Below, piece after piece: positions 34,784 to 40,560 of a DNA stretch of 40,560 nucleotides (position 1 is its first letter; each line of letters begins with the position of its first letter). A model generated the notes under the pieces. It made no database searches, was not told the DNA's origin, and worked only from the letters and a program-made list of their open reading frames with translations. Source of the DNA: a virus (lineage: Duplodnaviria > Caudoviricetes); IMG/VR virus record IMGVR_UViG_3300029891_000082, positions 1-40,560 of that record. The stretch is one strand, 5' to 3'. The position numbers and the translations under genes are program-made.

Positions 34784-35800
34784 TTAGACGATTTCGATGT
34801 TTTCAGCCAGGCATGCCAGGCCGTAGTCTTCGATGACGTAGGCGTCGTTGGAGGACTCGTAGTTCTCGATCTGGTCGCGCTTCGGGTTGTCGATGATGGC
34901 GCGGCGGCGGGCGCCTTCTTGCGCGTAGATCGACAGGTTGTCGAGGCGGGTGACCATGAGCTTGTTGGCCGGGAAGAATGGCGCGCGGACGGCTTGCAGG
35001 CCACCGACGCGGGCCTGGCTGACGATGAGGTCGGCGGCGATCTTTTGCGTGTTGTCCTGGGCCTTGTTGATCAGCGGGAAGTATTTGTCGGCGAAGAGGT
35101 CGCGGCCGAGGATGACGACCAGTTCGGTGTCTTCGCGGTACCACGGGTCGAGCAGGTTGTTGACCATGTCGAAGACGAGGGCGTCGAGGTTCTTGTAGCC
35201 GGCCGTCAAGGCGACGGCATCACCGATCTGGATCTTGCCGGTGGCGAGGATCTGTGTCATGACGCGGGCGGCGGCATTGGTGCGCATTTTTTGCAGCCAG
35301 CCGATATTGACGTCTTGCAGCAGCGGGTTGGTACCACGGTTGGAGGTGGCGGCGCGGCTGGTGCCGTTGAAGCCGATGGTGATGCGGTCGAGGGCCTGGC
35401 GGCGGACGATGGCGTCGCGCAGGCGGGTCTGGAAGTCGGGGAACTTTGCCCAGGCGTCGATCTTGGAGTACTTGAGGGCGGTGTCGTAGTTGGTCTGGGT
35501 GCAGGCGTAGCCGTTGGTGTCGAGCGAGGACGGGTCGGTCGGGACGCGGTCGGCGGAGGTGGTGTCGGTGGTGCTGGCGACGCTGCTGCCGATGCCGAGG
35601 CCGATCTTTTCACCGGTTTGGTCGGTGACGAGTGGCATGTTGATGCTGCTCAGGAACTGGCTGGATTCCTGAATCTTGGTTTCCAGCGTTTGCTGGACGC
35701 TCGGGGTAGCGGTGAATTTTTCGCAGGCCGAGGGGACGCCGTTGAGTTGGGCGATGGCCGCAGTGTAGGCGTTGAAGGCTAGGCGGGTTTCTTTGCGCAT
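34784..35800 (-). CDS. N: Major capsid protein, P2 family
   Basis: PSVQQTLE...IDAWAKFPDFQ...NPLLQDVNIGWLQK...YESSNDAYVIED. Confidence 0.97.
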   Translation of the reverse strand: MRKETRLAFNAYTAAIAQLNGVPSACEKFTATPSVQQTLETKIQESSQFLSSINMPLVTDQTGEKIGLGIGSSVASTTDTTSADRVPTDPSSLDTNGYACTQTNYDTALKYSKIDAWAKFPDFQTRLRDAIVRRQALDRITIGFNGTSRAATSNRGTNPLLQDVNIGWLQKMRTNAAARVMTQILATGKIQIGDAVALTAGYKNLDALVFDMVNNLLDPWYREDTELVVILGRDLFADKYFPLINKAQDNTQKIAADLIVSQARVGGLQAVRAPFFPANKLMVTRLDNLSIYAQEGARRRAIIDNPKRDQIENYESSNDAYVIEDYGLACLAENIEIV

Positions 35801-35836
35801 GGTGTGCTCCGTAGGTTCGGGGTGTGGTGTTGCGGG

Positions 35837-36670
35837 TTAGCAGTCGGTGGTGATGGTGCCGTCGCCGCCGGTGGCGGTGCCGCGGTTCTTGTCGTCGCCG
35901 TCGGTCTTGCCGAGGGTTTCCTTGAGGGCGGCGAAGTCGGCGGCGAACTTGGCTTGTTCTTCGCGCAGGGTTTTGATGTCGCGCTCGCTGACGCTGAATT
36001 TGTCAAGAACTTCACCGGAGAAGCGGTCGAGGATTTCCTTCTGCGACTGGGCAATCGCTTCGATTGCCTTACTGATGTCGGCGAAGTTGGCGTCGGTTTC
36101 CTTTTTGCCCATGCCGAGCAAATCCTTGACCTTGCTGAACAGGGTGTCGCCAGAAGACTTTTCAGTTTCCCATTCAAGGGTGACTTCTTCGGCGACGGTA
36201 AAGAGGTTCTCGGGGTTGCGTTTGCGGCCGGCGAAGGGGTTTTCTTTGGCCTGGGCAGCGAACTGCATGATTTCGGTGCCGAGGCTGGCGGGCTTGTTGG
36301 TGAAGCCGAGGCCTTCGAGGTAGGCCTTGGAGGTCTTGGCGAAGTTGGGATTGACTTCCATCGAGGCGAACATTTTCTGTCCGGCTTTTTGCAGGGCGAC
36401 CAGGGCGTCGCTGGCATCAAATACGCACATGAGCTGCAGTTTCTTTTCGCCGAGGATGTCAGCGAAGCGGGTGCTCAGGGAGACGACCTTGCCGTAGGCG
36501 CCGAAGACGCTGTCGGGCATCATCGACATGTAGTGTTCGAGGTTGCCGAGGGCGGTGTAGGCCTTGGGGTCGTAGGTCTCGGCCATCTGTTTGATCCATT
36601 CGGCGGTGATGACGCGACCGTCGGTGGTGGCGCCTTCGGTGGCGATGGCGAAAGGCTTGGAAATCGGCAT
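35837..36670 (-). CDS. O: Capsid scaffolding protein
   Basis: IATEGATTDGRVI...MAETYDP...PASLGTE. Confidence 0.95.
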   Translation of the reverse strand: MPISKPFAIATEGATTDGRVITAEWIKQMAETYDPKAYTALGNLEHYMSMMPDSVFGAYGKVVSLSTRFADILGEKKLQLMCVFDASDALVALQKAGQKMFASMEVNPNFAKTSKAYLEGLGFTNKPASLGTEIMQFAAQAKENPFAGRKRNPENLFTVAEEVTLEWETEKSSGDTLFSKVKDLLGMGKKETDANFADISKAIEAIAQSQKEILDRFSGEVLDKFSVSERDIKTLREEQAKFAADFAALKETLGKTDGDDKNRGTATGGDGTITTDC

Positions 36671-36720
36671 GGTGTCTTGCTCCTGACGTTGTTCGGGTCG
36701 TGTGGTAAACGATGCCGAGC

Positions 36721-36820
36721 CAGTTTGGAGCGGCCTTTCGCGCGGGGCAAAGGCTTGTGGGTGTAGGGCTTGGTCTTACTTCCGGCGTTGCGCTTCGAGT
36801 TTCTCGCGCGCGGGTAGCCT
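36721..36820. promoter_or_regulatory. Divergent Ogr-type late promoters for O and P
   Basis: Central TGTA-N11-TACT (36762-36780) with -10-like CAAACT (minus) and TAGCCT (plus, 36815-36820) at symmetric offsets. Confidence 0.65.
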
Positions 36821-36828
36821 CGGCTTCC

Positions 36829-38619
36829 ATGAACGCTGCGCTTCCTCCTTCTGCTGTTTCTCCGGACCTTGATCCGCGTCGCCGTGCCCGTGACCTTTAT
36901 TGGCAGGGCTGGCGGGTGATCCGCATTTCGGAGCACCTAGGGGAGAAGGCGACGACGATCCACAGCTGGAAGCGGCGGGACAAGTGGGATGAGTATTCAC
37001 CTGTCGAGCGGGCTGAATCTAGCACGGAGGCGCGCTACATCCAACTGCTGTGGAAGGAGCCGAAGGAGGGGGCTGACTACAAGGAAATCGACTTGCTTGG
37101 CCGGCAGATGGAGCGGTTGGCGCGGGTTAAGAAGTATTCGACGGGTGGCGGTAATGAGGCGGATTTGAATCCGGCGGTGGAGAACCGAAACGCGAAGACG
37201 CGGGCGGGGACGAGGAAGCAGCCGGCACGGAATGCGATCAGCGAGGCGCAGCAGGAGGAGCTGGTTGCTGCGTTTATGAAGTCGCTGTTTCCGTATCAGG
37301 AGTGCTGGTACCGGGCTGGGCTGAAGCATCGTGTGCGCAATCTGTTGAAGAGCCGGCAGATCGGGGCAACGTGGTATTTCGCCCGTGAGGGATTTATCGA
37401 TGCGCTGGAGACGGGGAGGAACCAGATTTTCTTGAGCGCGTCGCGGGCACAGGCGCATGTGTTCAAGGGGTATATCAAGCAGTTCGCGGCTGATACGGCG
37501 GACGTTGAGCTGCAGGGCGAGCATTTCGTGTTGCCGAACGGGGCGACGCTGTATTTCCTTGGGACCAATAGCCGGACGGCCCAGTCGTATCACGGCAATG
37601 TGTACATGGACGAGTATTTCTGGATTCAGAAATTCCAGGAGTTCCGCAAGGTGGCTTCCGGGATGGCGATGCACAAGCATTGGCGCCTGACTTACTTTTC
37701 GACGCCGTCGGCTGTGTCGCATGAGGCTTACCCGTTCTGGACGGGCGATCTGTTCAACAAGGGTAGGTCGACGGCCGATAAGGTGAAGGTCGATGTATCG
37801 CATGCGGCCTTGAAGAATGGGCGGCTGTGCGAGGACTTCCAGTGGCGCCAGATTGTGACGGTGCTCGATGCGCTGGGTGGTGGATGCAATCTGTTCGATA
37901 TCGAGCAGCTGCGGCGAGAGTATTCGCCGGACGAATTCATGAACCTGCTGATGTGCATGTTCATCGACGACGGGGAGTCGGTTTTCCCCCTGGCGACGAT
38001 GCAGCGCTGCATGGTGGATAGCTGGACGCTGTGGGATGACTTCAAGCCGTTCGCGGCGCGGCCGATGGGGTATCGCGAGGTGTGGGTCGGCTATGACCCG
38101 TCGCGCTCTGGTGACAATGCGGCGCTGGTGGTGATTGCGCCACCGATGGTCGAGGGCGGGAAGTTCCGGATTCTTGACCGGGTGCAGTTTTCCGGGATGC
38201 GCTATGAGGAGCAGGCGGAGCGGATCAAGCGGGTGACCGAGGCTTACAACGTGACGTTCATCGGCATCGACCGGACGGGGATCGGCGACCTGGTCTATGA
38301 GCTGGTGCAGAACTTTTACCCGGGGGTGCGTGGCTTTCAGTACAGCCCGATGGTGAAGACGCGGCTGGTGTTGAAGGCGATGGATGTGATCGGCAAGGGC
38401 CGGATGGAGTTCGACGCTGGCTGGACGGACATGGCGGCGGCTTTCATGGCGATCAAGAAGACAACGACGGCCGGCGGCGGCCAGATGACTTTTGAGGCAG
38501 GGCGGTCGGAAGCGACGAGCCATGCCGATCTGGCGTGGGCAACGATGCACGCGCTGGCGAACGAGCCGCTGGAAGGCCGATCGGCTACCAATCAATCACG
38601 GATGGAGATTTTCGGATGA
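36829..38619 (+). CDS. P: Terminase ATPase (large) subunit
   Basis: DPRRRARDLYWQGW, LKSRQIGATWYFARE, YMDEYFW, HADLAWA. Confidence 0.96.
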   Translation: MNAALPPSAVSPDLDPRRRARDLYWQGWRVIRISEHLGEKATTIHSWKRRDKWDEYSPVERAESSTEARYIQLLWKEPKEGADYKEIDLLGRQMERLARVKKYSTGGGNEADLNPAVENRNAKTRAGTRKQPARNAISEAQQEELVAAFMKSLFPYQECWYRAGLKHRVRNLLKSRQIGATWYFAREGFIDALETGRNQIFLSASRAQAHVFKGYIKQFAADTADVELQGEHFVLPNGATLYFLGTNSRTAQSYHGNVYMDEYFWIQKFQEFRKVASGMAMHKHWRLTYFSTPSAVSHEAYPFWTGDLFNKGRSTADKVKVDVSHAALKNGRLCEDFQWRQIVTVLDALGGGCNLFDIEQLRREYSPDEFMNLLMCMFIDDGESVFPLATMQRCMVDSWTLWDDFKPFAARPMGYREVWVGYDPSRSGDNAALVVIAPPMVEGGKFRILDRVQFSGMRYEEQAERIKRVTEAYNVTFIGIDRTGIGDLVYELVQNFYPGVRGFQYSPMVKTRLVLKAMDVIGKGRMEFDAGWTDMAAAFMAIKKTTTAGGGQMTFEAGRSEATSHADLAWATMHALANEPLEGRSATNQSRMEIFG

Positions 38620-39656
38620 GCAAGGATCTGATGGCGCCTTTGTTTTCGGACAAGGCTGAGGTTGCTTCGACTGCGGGCGGTGGCCGGGTTGAGGCTTTTA
38701 CGTTTGGCGATCCGGAGGGGGTTTTGGACCGGCGCGACATTCTGAGCCTGCTGGAGTGCCCGGATAACGGGAAGTGGTACGAGCCGCCGATTTCAATGGA
38801 TGGGCTGTCGCGATCGAGCCGGTCGGCGGTGCATCACGCGTCGGCGATGTACGTGAAGCGGAATATTCTGGTGTCGTGCTATGAGCCGCACCCGCTGCTG
38901 TCGCGGACGGATTTTTCCATTTTCGCCCATGAGTTCCTGGTGTTCGGGAATGCCTATCTTGAGCGGCGGGATTCGATGTTGCGCGAGCCGATGCGGATGA
39001 AGCCGGCGAAGGCGAAGTTCACGCGGCGCGGGATCGATATGGAGACTTACTACTTTGTTCCGAAGTGGAACGAGGAGCACAAGTTCAAGAAGGGAAAAGT
39101 GTTCCACTTGATGGAGCCGGACATCGATCAGGAGATTTACGGGTTGCCGGAGTACATACCGGCGCTGCATTCGGCCTGGTTGAACGAGGCGGCGACGCTG
39201 TTCCGGCGCAAGTACTACAAGAACGGGTCGCACGCCGGGTTCATTTTATATATGACCGATCCGGCGCATTCGGACGCTGATGTCGAGGCGCTGCGCAAGG
39301 CGCTGCGGGATTCGAAGGGGCCGGGGAATTTCCGCAACCTGTTCATGTATGCGCCGAACGGCAAGAAGGACGGCCTGCAGCTGATTCCGGTGAGCGAGGT
39401 GGCGGCGAAGGATGAGTTCGCGGGCATCAAGAACATCACCCGCGATGACCAGCTGGCGATGCATCGTGTTCCGCCCCAGTTGATGGGGATCGTGCCGAAC
39501 AATACCGGCGGATTCGGCGATGCCGAGAAGGCGGCGGCGGTGTTCAACGCCAATGAGATCGGCTATTACCAGGGCCGCATGCGGGAGCTGAACGAGTGGC
39601 TGGGGGATGAGGTGATCAAGTTCAAGCCTTATGAGCTGGCGAAGGCGGCGGCGTAG
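38616..39656 (+). CDS. Q: Portal protein (PBSX family)
   Basis: EAFTFGDPE...WYEPP...QEIYGLPEY...RKYYKNGSHAG...HRVPPQLMG. Confidence 0.96.
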   Translation: MSKDLMAPLFSDKAEVASTAGGGRVEAFTFGDPEGVLDRRDILSLLECPDNGKWYEPPISMDGLSRSSRSAVHHASAMYVKRNILVSCYEPHPLLSRTDFSIFAHEFLVFGNAYLERRDSMLREPMRMKPAKAKFTRRGIDMETYYFVPKWNEEHKFKKGKVFHLMEPDIDQEIYGLPEYIPALHSAWLNEAATLFRRKYYKNGSHAGFILYMTDPAHSDADVEALRKALRDSKGPGNFRNLFMYAPNGKKDGLQLIPVSEVAAKDEFAGIKNITRDDQLAMHRVPPQLMGIVPNNTGGFGDAEKAAAVFNANEIGYYQGRMRELNEWLGDEVIKFKPYELAKAAA

Positions 39657-39662
39657 TTAAGA

Positions 39663-39745
39663 CGGTGCGACCTGGTCGAGTGCGTCAACACCCGGCCAGG
39701 CCACTTCCAGCAGAGTGAGCTGCTTTCAGCCAAGGCACCGCACCG
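39663..39745 (+). other. Multi-stem structured leader upstream of the methylase
   Basis: CGGTGC...GCACCG outer stem, CCTGG...CCAGG (39671-39700) and AGCAG...CTGCT inner stems. Confidence 0.45.
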
Positions 39746-39792
39746 TGCACACGGCGGGGCGAAGGCTATCATTCCTTGAAGGCAGTTGAAAT

Positions 39793-40560
39793 ATGACGAA
39801 AGTAAGCCCCCTTGTTCCTTGGATCGGCGGGAAACGCCGGCTGGCAAAGCATTTGCTGCCGTTGTTTCCGGAGCATTCGTGCTATGTCGAACCTTTCTGC
39901 GGCGCCGCGGCGCTGTTTTTCATGAAGGCGCCGGTCGATGTCGAGGTGTTGAACGATATCAACGGCGACCTGGTGTCGCTTTACCGGGTGGTGAAGAACC
40001 ATCTGGAGGAGTTCATCCGGCAGTTCAAGTATTCGCTGACCAGCCGGCAGATGTATGACTGGCTGAAGGCGACGCCGGTCGAGCCATTGACGGACATTCA
40101 GCGCGCTGCTCGGTTCTTTTACCTGCAGAAGCTAGGCTTTGGCGGCAAGGTCAACGGCCGCACATTCGGTACAGCAACCACCAGCCCGCCACGCATCAAC
40201 CTGATGCGCATCGAAGAGGACTTGTCGGCAGCGCATCTTCGACTGTCGCGGACCTACATCGAGCATCTTGAATGGGCTGAGTGCATCCGCCGCTACGACC
40301 GCCCGCACACCCTGTTCTACTGCGACCCGCCGTACTGGGGCACAGAAGGCTACAGCGTCGACTTCAACCTCGATCAATACGACCGCATGGCAGAGATCGC
40401 CAGATCAATCAAGGGAAACATGATCATTTCTGTCAACGACATCCCCGAAATGCGTCAGGCTTTCGCCGGCCTAACCATGACCACCGTCGACATTACCTAC
40501 ACAGTAGGCGGCTCAGGGAATGGCGCCAAGCGCCATGAACTGATCATCCGAAACTTCTGA
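39793..40560 (+). CDS. DNA adenine methyltransferase (D12/Dam-like)
   Basis: PWIGGKRRL, YVEPFCG, EVLNDIN, FYCDPPY. Confidence 0.93.
   Translation: MTKVSPLVPWIGGKRRLAKHLLPLFPEHSCYVEPFCGAAALFFMKAPVDVEVLNDINGDLVSLYRVVKNHLEEFIRQFKYSLTSRQMYDWLKATPVEPLTDIQRAARFFYLQKLGFGGKVNGRTFGTATTSPPRINLMRIEEDLSAAHLRLSRTYIEHLEWAECIRRYDRPHTLFYCDPPYWGTEGYSVDFNLDQYDRMAEIARSIKGNMIISVNDIPEMRQAFAGLTMTTVDITYTVGGSGNGAKRHELIIRNF

Larger units (their letters stand above)
1..40560. mobile_element. P2-like (phiCTX-type) prophage, apparently near-complete; att ends not visible in the window
   Basis: Full P2-type Q,P,O,N,M,L,X,lysis,R,S,V,W,J,I,H,FI,FII,E/E',T,U,D gene set, plus ogr, primase-helicase, cI, xis and int. Confidence 0.97.

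Noticed and set aside
5497-36766. Long antisense ORFs (e.g. 5497-7161, 9827-11074, 18689-19891, 20749-22440, 35804-36766)
   Set aside because: Shadow frames of high-GC genes opposite well-recognised phage proteins
39751-39767. ACGGCGGGGCGAAGGC as a possible P2-type cos
   Set aside because: Only loosely similar to P2-family cos sequences; cos and the att ends probably lie outside the window

Overview
The window is an apparently near-complete P2-like (phiCTX-type gene order) temperate myophage or prophage from a GC-rich proteobacterium. It runs from the tyrosine integrase (1-1029) through a long leftward early operon, the cI/cro switch (13.5-14.2 kb), a rightward accessory island and the leftward tail, lysis and head genes, to terminase, portal and a Dam-like methylase. 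The stand-out feature is a complete integron inside the phage early operon: an intact IntI (1555-2580), an attI crossover at 2661, and three cassettes closed by canonical attC sites (2932-3014, 3501-3562, 3905-3971). All three cassette ORFs are inverted relative to their attC sites, so they are co-directional with the phage early transcript and with intI. Every crossover AAC is read in frame by an incoming ORF. One cassette encodes a Mom-like GNAT DNA-modification protein. Other highlights are a candidate new anti-CRISPR upstream of an Aca2 homologue with its operator-containing promoter (15.1-16.0 kb), a TM-WYL-BRCT protein beside cI, and a five-gene module inserted between terminase M and head-completion L. 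All family calls come from recognising motifs by eye; no database searches were run.
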